NCBI GenBank assembly: GCA_964016885.1 | Contig: OZ024744.1 | Span: 16,306,001 to 16,370,000 of the forward strand | DNA: 64,000 bases | Reading direction: 5' to 3' | Source: Eledone cirrhosa | Taxonomy: Eukaryota | Shown: positions 1-10,819 of the stretch, one piece after another | How positions within the stretch are numbered: the stretch's first letter is position 1 | How the letters are laid out: each line of letters starts with the position of its first letter | The notes under the pieces: model-generated | Database searches by the model: none | Told to the model about the DNA's origin: nothing | The model's input: the letters and a program-made list of their open reading frames with translations, nothing else | Translations under genes and position numbers: made by a program

Positions 1-75
1 TATGAAGGAAGTTGAAGGAAGAAAATATGAAGGAAGTTGGAGGAGGAGAATATGAAGGAAGTTGGAGAAGGAGAA

Positions 76-3000
76 TATGAAGGAAGTTGGAGAAGGAAAA
101 TATGAAGGATGTTGGAGAAGGATAATATGAAAGAAGTTGGAGAAGGAGAGTATGAAGGAAGTTGGAGTTGGAGAGTATGAAGGAAGTTGGAGAAGGAGAG
201 TATGAAGGAAGTTGGAGAAGGAGAGTATGAAGGAAGTTGGAGAAGGAGCGTATGAAGGAAGTTGGAGAAGGAGATTATGAAGGAAGTTGGAGAAGGAGAG
301 TATGAAGGAAGTTGGAGAAGGAGCGTATGAAGGAAGTTGGAGAAGGGGAGTATGAAGGAAGTTGAAGGAAGAAAATATGAAGGGAGTTGCAGGAGGAAAA
401 TATGAAGGATGTTGGAGAAGGATAACATGAAAGAAGTTGGAGAAGGAGAGTATGAAGAAAGTTGAATAAGGAGAATATGAAGGAAGTTGGAGAAGGAGAG
501 TATGAAGGAAGTTGGAAAAGGAGAATATGAAGGAAGTTGGGGAAGAAGGTATGAAGGAAGTTGGAGAAGGAGAGTATGAAGGAAGTTGGAGAAGGAGAGT
601 ATGAAGGAAGTTGGAGAAGGAGAGTATGAAGGAAGTTGAAGAAGGAGAACAAGAAGGAATTTGGAGAAGGAGAGTATGAAGGAAGTTGAAGGAGGAGAAT
701 ATGAAGGAAGTTGAAGAAGGAGAATCTGAAGGAAGTTGGAGGAGAGTATGAAGGAAGTTGGAGAAAGAGAGTATGAAGGAAGTTGAAGGAGGAGTATATG
801 AACGAAGTTGGAGATGGAGAATATGAAGAAAGTTGAAGTAGGAGAATATGAAGTAAGTTGAAGAAGGAGAATCAGAAGGAAGTTGGAGAAGGAGAATATG
901 AAGAAAGTTGAAGGAGGAGAATATGAAGGAAGTTGGAGGAGGAGAGTATGAAGGAAGTTGGAGAAGGAGAGTATGAAGGAGGTTGGAGAAGGAGAATATG
1001 AAGGAAGTTGGAGAAGGAGAGTATGAAGGAGCTTAGAATTGTAGAGTATGAAGGAAGTTAGAGAAGGATAATATGAAGGAAGTTGGAGAAGCAGAGTATG
1101 AAGGATGTTGGAGAAGGAGAGTATGAAGGAAGTTGGAGAAGGAGAGTATGAAGGAAGTTGGAGGAGGAGAGTATGAAGGAAGTTGGAGAAGAAGAATCTG
1201 ACGGACGTTGGAGAAGGAGAGTAGGAAAGAAGTTGGAGAAGGATAATATGAAGGAAGTTGGATAAGGAGAATATGAAGGAAGTTGAAGGAGGAGAATATT
1301 AAAGAAGTTGGAAAAGGAGAGTATGAAGGAAGTTGGAGAAAGAGAATCTGAAGGAAGTTGGAGAAGGAGATTATGAAGGAAGTTGGAGAAGGCGAGTATG
1401 AAGGAAGTTGGAGAAGGAGCGTATGATGGAAGTTGGAGAAGGAGATTATGAAGGAAGTTGAATAAGGAGAATATGAAGGAAGTTGGAGAAGGAGAGTATG
1501 AAGGAAGTTGGAGAAGGAGAGTATGAAGGGGGCTGAAGGAGGAGAATATGAAGGAAATTGGAGAAGGAGAGTATGAAGGAAGTTGGAGAAGTAGAATATG
1601 AAGGAATTTGGGGAAGAAGGTATGAAGGAAGTTGGAGAAGGAGAGTCTGAAGGAAGTTGGAGATGGAGAGTATGAAGGAAGTTGAAGAAGGAGAGTATGA
1701 AGGAAGTTGGAGAAGTAGAGTATGAAGGAAGTTGGAGATGGAGTGTATGAAAGAAGTTGAATAAGGAGAATATCAAGGAAGTTGAAGAAGGAGAATATGA
1801 AGGAAGTTGGAGAAGGAGAGTATGAAGGAAGTTGAAGGAGAAGAATATGAAGGAAGTTGAAGGAGGAGAATATCAAGGAAGTTGGAGAAGGAGAGTGTGA
1901 TTGAAGTTGGAGAAGAAGAGTATGAAGGAAGTTGGAGAAGGAGAATATGAAGGAAGTTGGAGATGGAGAATATGAAGGAAGTTGGAGAAGGATAATATGA
2001 AGGAAGTTGGAGAAGGAGTGTATGAAGGAAGTTGGAGAAGGAGAATATGAAGGAAGTTGAAGGAGGAGAATATGAAGGAAGTTGAAGAAGGAGAACATGA
2101 AGGAAGTTGGAGAAGGAGAGTATGAAGGAAGTTGAAGGAAGAAAATATGAAGGAAGTTGGAGAAGGAGAGTATGAAGGAAGTTGGAGAAGGAGAATATGA
2201 AGGAAGTTGAAGAAGGAGAATATGAAGGAAGTTGCAGAAGGATAATATGAAGGAAGTTGGAGAAGGAGAGTATGAAGGAAGTTGGAGAAGGCGAGTATGA
2301 AGGAAATTGTAGAAGGAGAGTATGAAGGAGGTTGGAGGAGGAGAGTATGAAGGAAGTTGGAGAAGCAGAATATGAAGGAAATTGGAGAAGGAGCGTATGA
2401 AGGAAGTTGGAGAAAAAGAATATGAAGGAAGTTGTGGAAGAAGGTATGAAGGAAGTTGGAGAAGGAGAGTATGAAGAAAGTTGGAGAAGGAGAGTATGAA
2501 GGAAGTTGAAGGAAGAAAATATGAAGGAAGTTGGAGGAGGAGAATATGAAGGAAGTTGTAAAAGGAGAATATGAAGGAAGTTGGAGAAGGAAAATATGAA
2601 GGATGTTGGAGAAGGATAATATGAAAGAAGTTGGAGAAGGAGAGTATGAAGGAAGTTGGAGTTGGAGAGTATGAAGGAAGTTGGAGAAGGAGATTATGAA
2701 GGAAGTTGGAGAAGGAGAGTATGAAGGAAGTTGGAGAAGGAGAGTATGAAGGAAGTTGGAGAAGGAGCGTATGAAGGAAGTTGGAGAAGGAGATTATGAA
2801 GGAAGTTGGAGAAGGAGAGTATGAAGGAAGTTGGAGAAGGAGGGTATGAAGGAAGTTGGAGAAGGGGAGTATGAAGGAAGTTGAAGGAAGAAAATATGAA
2901 GGGAGATGGAGGAGGAGAATATGAAGGAATTTGGAGAAGGAAAATATGAAGGATGTTGGAGAAGGATAATATGAAAGAAGTTGGAGAAGGAGAGTATGAA

Positions 3001-4165
3001 GAAAGTTGAATAAGGAGAATATGAAGGAAGTTGGAGAAGGAGAGTATGAAGGAGGTTGGAGAAGGAGAGTATGAAGGAAGTTGGAGAAGGAGAGTATGAA
3101 GGAAGTTGAGGAAGGAGAATAAGAAGGAAGTTGGAGAAGGAAGTTGAAGGAGGAGAATATGAAGGAAGCTGAAGGAGGAGAATATGAACGAATTTGGAGA
3201 AGGTGAGTATGAAGGAAGTTGGAGAATGAGAATCTGAAGGAAGTTGGAGAAGGAGAGTATGAAGGAAGTTGAAGGAGAAGAATATGAAGGAAGTTGAAGA
3301 AAGAGAATCTGAAGGAAGTTGGAGAAGGAGAGTATGAAGGAAGTTGAAGAAGGAGAATCTGAAGGAAGTTGGAGAAGGAGAGTATGAAGGAAGTTGGGGG
3401 AGGAGAATATGAAGGAAGTTGAAGGAGGAGAATATGAACGAAGTTGAAGAAGGAGAATATGAAGGAAGTTGAAGGAGGAGAATATGAAGGAAGTTGAAGA
3501 AGGAGAATCAGAAGGAAGTTGGAGAAGGAGAGAATGAAGGAAGTTGAAGAAGGAGAATCTGAAAGAAGTTGGAGAAGGAGAGTATGAAGGAAGTTGGAGA
3601 AGGAGAATCTGAAGGAAGTTGGAGAAGGAGAGTATGAAGGAAGTTGAAGGTGAAGTATATGAAGGAAGTTGAAGAAGGAGAATCTGAAGGAAGTTGGAGA
3701 AAAAGAGTATGAAGGAAGTTGGGGAAGAAGGTATGAAGGAAGTTGGAGAAGAACAATATGAAGGAAGTTGGGGAAGAAGGTATGAAGGAAGTTGAAGAAG
3801 GAAAATATGAAAGAAGTTGGAGAAGGAGAGTATGCAGGAAGTTAGAGAAGGAGAGTATGAAGGAAGTTGGGGAAGAAGGTATGAAGGAAGTTGGAGAAGG
3901 AGAGTCTGAAGGAAGTTGGAGATGGAGAGTATGAAGGAAGTTGAAGAAAGAGAGTATAAAGGAAGTTGGAGAAGTAGAGTATGAGGGAAGTTGGAGATGG
4001 AGAGTATGAAGGAAGTTGAATAAGGAGAATATCAAGGAAGTTGGAAAAGGAGAGTGTGGTTGAAGTTGGAGAAGAAGAGTATGAAGGAAGTTGGAGAAGG
4101 AGAATATGAAGGAAGTTGGAAAAGGAGAGTATGAAGGAGGTTGGAGGAGGAGAGTATGAAGGAAG
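76..4165 (+). repeat. ~4.1-kb segmental duplication, copy 1 (partner ~10820-14885)
   Basis: Rare variants occur in the same order at offsets 10744, 10594, 10644 and 10719, which differ by whole monomers. Examples: GGGAGTTGCAGG at ~382/~11126, TCTGACGGACG at 1197/11791, the 38-bp fused unit at 3120/13764, and near-identical spurious ORFs 3508-4035 and 14227-14754. Confidence 0.9.
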
Positions 4166-7100
4166 TTGAAGGAGGAGAATATGAAGGAAGTTGAAGAAGG
4201 AGAATCAGAAAGAAGTTGGAGAAGGAGAGTATGAAGGAAGTTGGAGAAGGAGAATCTGAAGGAAGTTGGAGAAGGAGAGTATGAAGGAAGTTGAAGGTGA
4301 AGTATATGAAGGAAGTTGAAGAAGGAGAATCTGAAGGAAGTTGGAGAAAAAGAGTATGAAGGAAGTTGGGGAAGAAGGTATGAAGGAAGATGGAGAAGAA
4401 GAATATGAAGGAAGTTGGGGAAGAAGGTATGAAGGAAGTTGGAGAAGAAGAATATGAATGAAGTTGGGGAAGAAGGTATGAAAGAAGTTGGAGAAGGAGA
4501 ATATGAAGGAAGTTGAAGGAGGAGAATATGAAGGAAGTTGAAGAAGGAAAATATGAAAGAAGTTGGAGAAGGAGAGTATGCAGGAAGTTAGAGAAGGAGA
4601 GTATGAAGGAAGTTGGAGATGGAGAGTATGAAGGAAGTTGAATAAGGAGAATATCAAGGAAGTTGGAGAAGGAGAGTGTGATTGAAGTTGGAGAAGGAGA
4701 GTATGAAGGAAGTTGGAGAAGGAGAATATGAAGGAAGTTGGAAAAGGAGAGTATGAAGGAGGTTGGAGGAGGAGAGTATGAAAGAAGTTGGAGATGGAGA
4801 ATATGAAGGAAGTTGGAGAAGGATAATATGAGGGAAGTTGGAGAAGGAGTGTATGAAGGAAGTTGGAGAAGAAGAATATGAAGTAAGTTGAAGGAGGAGA
4901 ATATGAAGGAAGTTGAAGAAGGAGAATATGAAGGAAGTTGGAGAAGGAGAGTATGAAGGAAGTTGGAGAAGGAGAGTATGAAGGAAGTTGGAGAAGGAGA
5001 GTATGAAGGAGGTTGGAGGAGGAGAGTATGAAGGAAGTTGGAGAAGGAGAGTATGAAGAAAGTTGGAGAAGGAGAGTATGAAGGAAGTTGCAGAAGGAGA
5101 GTATGAAGGAAGTTGAAGAAGGAGAATATGAAGGAATTGGAGAAGGAGAGTATGAAGGAAGTTGGAGAAGGAGAGTATGAAGGAAGTTGAAGGAAGAGAA
5201 TATGAAGGAAGTTGAAGAAGGAGAATATGAAGGAAGTTGAAGAAGGGGAGTATGAAGGAAGTTGAAGGAAGAAAATATGAAGGAAGTTGGAGGAGGAGAA
5301 TATGAAGGAAGTTGGAGAAGGAGAATATGAAGGAAGTTGGAGAAGGAAAATATGAAGGATGTTGGAGAAGGATAATATGAAAGAAGTTGGAGAAGGAGAG
5401 TATGAAGGAAGTTGGTGAAGGAGAGTATGAAGGAAGTTGGAGAAGGAGATTATGAAGGAAGTTGGAGAAGGAGAGTATGAAGGAAGTTGGAGAAGGAGCG
5501 TATGAAGGATGTTGAAGGAGGAGAATATGAAGAAAGTTGAAGAAGGAGAATATGAAGGAAGTTGGAGAAGGAGAGTATGAAGGAAGTTGAAGGAAGAAAA
5601 TATGAAGGAAGTTGGAGGAGGAGAATATGAAGGATGTTGGAGAAGGATAATATGAAAGAAGTTGGAGAAGGAGAGTATGAAGGAAGTTGTAGAAGGAGAG
5701 TATGATGGAAGTTGGAGAAGGAGATTATGAAGGAAGTTGGAGAAGGAGAGTATGAAGGAAGTTGGAGAAGGAGAATATGAAGGAAGTTGGGGAAGAAGAG
5801 TATGAAGGAAGTTGAAGGTGAAGTATATGAAGGAAGTTGAAGAAGGAGAATCTGAAGGAAGTTGGAGAAAAAGAGTATGAAGGAAGTTGAAGAAGGAGAA
5901 TCTGAAAGAAGTTGGAGAAGGAGAGTATGAAGGAAGTTGAAGAAGGAGAATCTGAAGGAAGTTGGAGAAAAAGAGTATGAAGGAAGTTGGGGAAGAAGGA
6001 GAGTATGAAGGAAGTTGGAGAATTAGAGTATGAAGGAAGTTGGAGATGGAGAGTATGAAAGAAGTTGAATAAGGAGAATATCAAGGAAGTTGAAGAAGGA
6101 GAATATGAAGGAAGTTGGAGAAGGAGAGTATGAAGAAAGTTGAAGGAAGAAAATATGAAGGAAGTTGGAGAAAGAGAGTATGAAGGAAGTTGGAGAAGGA
6201 GAATATGAAGGAAGTTGCAGAAGGATAATATGAAAGAAGTTGGAGAAGGAGAGTATGAAGGAAGTTGGAGAAGGAGAGTATGAAGGAAGTTGGAGAAGGA
6301 GAGTATGAAGGAAGTTGGAGAAGGAGATTATGAAGGAAGTTGGAGAAGGAGAGTTTGAAGAAAGTTGGAGAAGGAGAGTATGAAGGAAGTTGGAGAAAAA
6401 GAATATGAAGGAAGTTGGAGGAGGAGAATATGAAGGAAGTTGGAGAAGGAGAATATGAAGGAAGTTGGAGAAGGAAAATATGAAGGATGTTGGAGAAGGA
6501 TAATATGAAAGAAGTTGGAGAAGGAGAGTATGAAGGAAATTGGAGAAGGAGAGTATGAAGGAAGTTGGAAAAGGAGATTATGAAGGAAGTTGGAGAAGCA
6601 GAGTATGAAGGAAGTTGGAGAAGGAGCGTATGAAGGAAGTTGAAGGAGGAGAATATGAAGGAAGTTGAAGAAGGAGAATATGAAGGAAGTTGGAGAAGGA
6701 GAGTATGAAGGAAGTTGAAGGAAGAAAATATGAAGGAAGTTGGAGGAGGAAAATATGAAAGGAAGTTGGAGAAGGAAAATATGAAGGATGTTGGAGAAGG
6801 ATAATATAAAAGAAGTTGGAGAAGGAGAGTATGAAGGAAGTTGTAGAAGGAGCGTATGAAGGAAGTTGGAGAAGGCGATTATGAAGGAAGTTGGAGAAGG
6901 AGAGTATGAAGGAAGTTGGAGAAGGAGCGTATGAAGGAAGTTGGAGAAGGAGAGTATGAAGGAAGTTGAAGGAAGAAAATATGAAGGAAGTTGGAGGAGG
7001 AGAATATGAAGGAATTTGGAGAAGGAAAATATGAAGGATGTTGGAGAAGGATAATATGAAAGAAGTTGGAGAAGGAGAGTATGAAGAAAGTTGAATAAGG

Positions 7101-9048
7101 AGAATATGAAGGAAGTTGGAGAAGGAGAGTATGAAGGAAGTTGGAGAAGGAGAATATGAAGGAAGTTGGGGAAGAAGGTATGAAGGAAGTTGGAGAAGGA
7201 GAGTATGAAGGAAGTTGGAGATGGCGAGTATGAAGGAAGTTGAATAAGGAGAATATCAAGGAAGTTGGAGAAGGAGAGTGTGATTGAAGTTGGAGAAGAA
7301 GAGTATGAAGGAAGTTGGAGAAGGAGAATATGAAGGAAGTTGGAAAAGGAGAGTATGAAGGAGGTTGGAGGAGGAGAGTATGAAGGAAGTTGGAGATGGA
7401 GAATATGAAGGAAGTTGGAGAAGGAAAATATGAAGGATGTTGGAGAAGGAGAGTATGAAGGAAGTTGTAGAAGGAGAGGATGAAGGAAGTTGGAGAAGGA
7501 GCGTATGAAGGAAGTTGGAGAAGGAGAGTATGAAGAAAGTTGAATAAGGAGAATATGAATGAAGTTGGAGAAGGAGAGTATGAAGGAAGTTGGAGAAGGA
7601 GAATATGAAGGAAGTTGGGGAAGAAGGTATGAAGGAAGTTGGAGAAGGAGAGTATGAAGGAAGTTGGAGAAGGAGAGTATGAAGGAATTTGGAGAAGGAG
7701 AGTATGAAGGAAGTTGAAGGAAGAAAATATGAAGGAAGTTGGAGAAGGAGAGTATGAAGGAAGTTGGGGAAGAAGGTATGAAGGAAGTTGGAGAAGGAGA
7801 GTATGAAGGAAGTTGGAGAAGGAGAGTATGAAGGAAGTTGGAGAAGGAGAGTATGAAGGAAGTTGAAGAAGTAGAATATGAAGGAAGTTGGAGAAGAAGA
7901 GTATGAAGGAAGTTGAAGGAGGAGAACATGAAGGAAGTTGAAGAAGGAGAATCTGAAGGAAGTTGGAGAAGGACAGTATGAAGGAAGTTGAAAGAGGAGA
8001 ATATGAAGGAAGTTGAAGTAGGAGAATATGAACGAATTTGGAAAAGGAGAGTATGAAGGAAGTTGGAGAATGAGAATCTGAAGGAACCTGGAGAAGGAGA
8101 GTATGAAGGAAGTTGGAGAAGGAGAATCTGAAGGAAGTTGGAGAAGGAGAGTATGAAGGAAGTTGAAGAAGGAGAATCTGAAGGAAGTTGGAGAAGGAGA
8201 GTATGAAGGAAGTTGGGGGAGGAGAATATGAAGGAAGTTGAAGGAGGAGAATATGAACGAAGTTGAAGAAGGAGAATATGAAGGAAGTTGAAGGGGGAGA
8301 ATATGAAGGAAGTTGATGATGGAGAATCAGAAGGAAGTTGGAGAAGGAGAGAATGAAGGAAGTTGAAGAAGGAGAATCTGAAAGAAGTTGGAGAAGGAGA
8401 GTAGTAAGGAAGTTGGAGAAGGAGAATCTGAAGGAAGTTTGAGAAGGAGAGTATGAAGGAAGTTGAAGGAGAAGTATATGAAGGATGTTGAAGAAGTAGA
8501 ATCTGAAGGAAGTTGGAGAAAGAGAGTATGATGGAATTTGAAGAAGGAGAATCTGAAAGAAGTTGGAAAAGGAGAGTATGAAGGAAGTTGGAGAAGGAGA
8601 ATATGAAGGAAGTTGGAGAAGGAGAGTATGAAGGAAGTTGGAGAAGAAGAATCTGAAGGAAGTTGGAGAAGGAGAGTATGAAGGAAGTTGAAGGAGAAGA
8701 ATATGAAGGAAGTTGAAGGAGAATCTGAAGGAAGTTGGAGAAGGAGAGTATGAAGGAAGTTGAAGAAGGAGAATCTGAAGGAAGTTGGAGATGGAGAGTA
8801 TGAAGGAAGTTAGAGAAGGAGAATATGAAGGAAATTGAAGGAAGAGTATATGAACGAAGTTGGAGAAGGAGAATATGAAGGAAGTTGAAGGAGGAGAATA
8901 TGAAGGAAGTTGAAGAAGGAGAATCAGAAGGAAGTTGGAGAAGGAGAGTATGAAGGAAGTTGAAGAAGGAGAATCTGAAAGAAGTTGGAGAAGGAGAGTA
9001 TGAAAGAAGTTGGAGAAGGAGAGTATGAAGGAAGTTGAAGAAGGAGAA

Positions 9049-10500
9049 TCTGAAGGAAGTTGGAGGAGAGTATGAAGGAAGTTGGAGAAAGAGAGTATGA
9101 AGGAAGTTGAAGGAGGAGTATATGAACGAAGTTGGAGATGGAGAATATGAAGAAAGTTGAAGTAGGAGAATATGAAATAAGTTGAAGAAGGAGAATCAGA
9201 AGGAAGTTGGAGAAGGAGGATATGAAGGAAGTTGAAGGAGCAGAATATGAAGGAAGATGGAGAAGGAGAGTATGAAGGAAGTTGGAGAAGGAGAATATGA
9301 AGGAATTTGGAGAAGGAGAGTATGAAGGAAGTTGGAGAAGGAGAATATGAAGAAAGTTGAAGGAGGAGAATATGAAGGAAGTTGGAGGAGGAGAGTATGA
9401 AGGAAGTTGGAGAAGGAGAGTATGAAGGAGGTTGGAGAAGGAGAATATGAAGGAAGTTGGAGAAGGAGAGTATGAAGGAGCTTGGAATTGTAGAGTATGA
9501 AGGAAGTTAGAGAAGGATAATATGAAGGAAGTTCGAGAAGCAGAGTATGAAGGATGTTGGAGAAGGAGAGTATGAAGGAAGTTGGAGAAGGAGAGTATGA
9601 AGGAAGTTGGAGAAGGAGAATATGAAGGAAGTTGGAGGAGGAGAGTATGAAGGAAGTTGGAGAAGGAGAATCTGACGGACGTTGGAGAAGGAGAGTAGGA
9701 AAGAAGTTGGAGAAGGCTAATATGAAGTAAGTTGGATAAGGAGAATATGAAGGAAGTTGAAGGAGGAGAATATTAAAGAAGTTGGAAAAGGAGAGTATGA
9801 AGGAAGTTGGAGAAAGAGAATGTGAAGGAAGTTGGAGAAGGAGAGTATGAAGGAAGTTGGAGAAGGAGACTATGAAGGAAGTTGGAGAAGGAAAGTATGA
9901 AGGAAGTTGGAGAAGGAGAGTATGAAGGAAGTTGGAGAAGGAGATTATGAAGGAAGTTGGAGAAGGCGAGTATGAAGGAAGTTGGAGAAGGAGCGTATGA
10001 TGGAAGTTGGAGAAGGAGATTTTGAAGGAAGTTGAATAAGGAGAATATGAAGGAAGTTGGAGAAGGAGAGTATGAAGGAAGTTGGAGAAGGAGAGTATGA
10101 AGGGGGCTGGAGGAGGAGAATATGAAGGAAGTTGGAGAAGGAGAGTATGAAGGAAGTTGGAGAAGTAGAATATGAAGGAAGTTGGGGAAGAAGGTATGAA
10201 GGAAGTTGGAGAAGGAGAGTCTGAAGGAAGTTGGAGATGGAGAGTATGAAGGAAGTTGAAGAAGGAGAGTATGAAGGAAGTTGGAGAAGTAGAGTATGAA
10301 GGAAGTTGGAGATGGAGAGTATGAAAGAAGTTGAATAAGGAGAATATCAAGGAAGTTGAAGAAGGAGAATATGAAGGAAGTTGGAGAAGGAGAGTATGAA
10401 GGAAGTTGAAGGAGAAGAATATGAAGGAAGTTGAAGGAGGAGAATATCAAGGAAGTTGGAGAAGGAGAGTGTGATTGAAGTTGGAGAAGAAGAGTATGAA
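9049..10500 (+). repeat. Third copy of a 1.1-1.4 kb block also found at ~725-1920 and ~11469-12560
   Basis: Begins with the 22-mer TCTGAAGGAAGTTGGAGGAGAG (725, 9049, 11469), contains TCTGACGGACG (1197, 9671, 11791) and ends at TGTGATTGAAG (1896, 10470, 12540). Confidence 0.85.
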
Positions 10501-10819
10501 GGAAGTTGGAGAAGGAGAATATGAAGGAAGTTGGAAAAGGAGAGTATGAAGGAGGTTGGAGGAGGAGAGTATGAATGAAGTTGGAGATGGAGAATATGAA
10601 GGAAGTTGGAGAAGGAGAGTATGAAGGAAGTTGGAGAAGGAGAATATGAAGGAAGTTGAAGAAGGAGAATATGAAGGAAGTTGCAGAAGGATAATATGAA
10701 GGAAGTTGGAGAAGGAGAGTATGAAGGAAGTTGGAGAAGGCGAGTATGAAGGAAATTGGAGAAGGAGAGTATGAAGGAGGTTGGAGGAGGAGAGTATGAA
10801 GGAAGTTGGAGAAGCAGAA

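Noticed and set aside
725-746. Frequent 3-bp indels (22- and 28-bp units) as evidence of coding constraint
   Set aside because: They are explained by slippage in GGA, GAA or CAG triplets. Frame-shifting 24-bp units (e.g. 526-549) are also common, and the monomer itself is not a multiple of 3.
6754-6779. Singleton 26-bp unit (TATGAAAGGAAG...) and singleton 24-bp unit at 5127-5150
   Set aside because: These are single-base indels seen once each, and cannot be told apart from sequencing or consensus error without reads.
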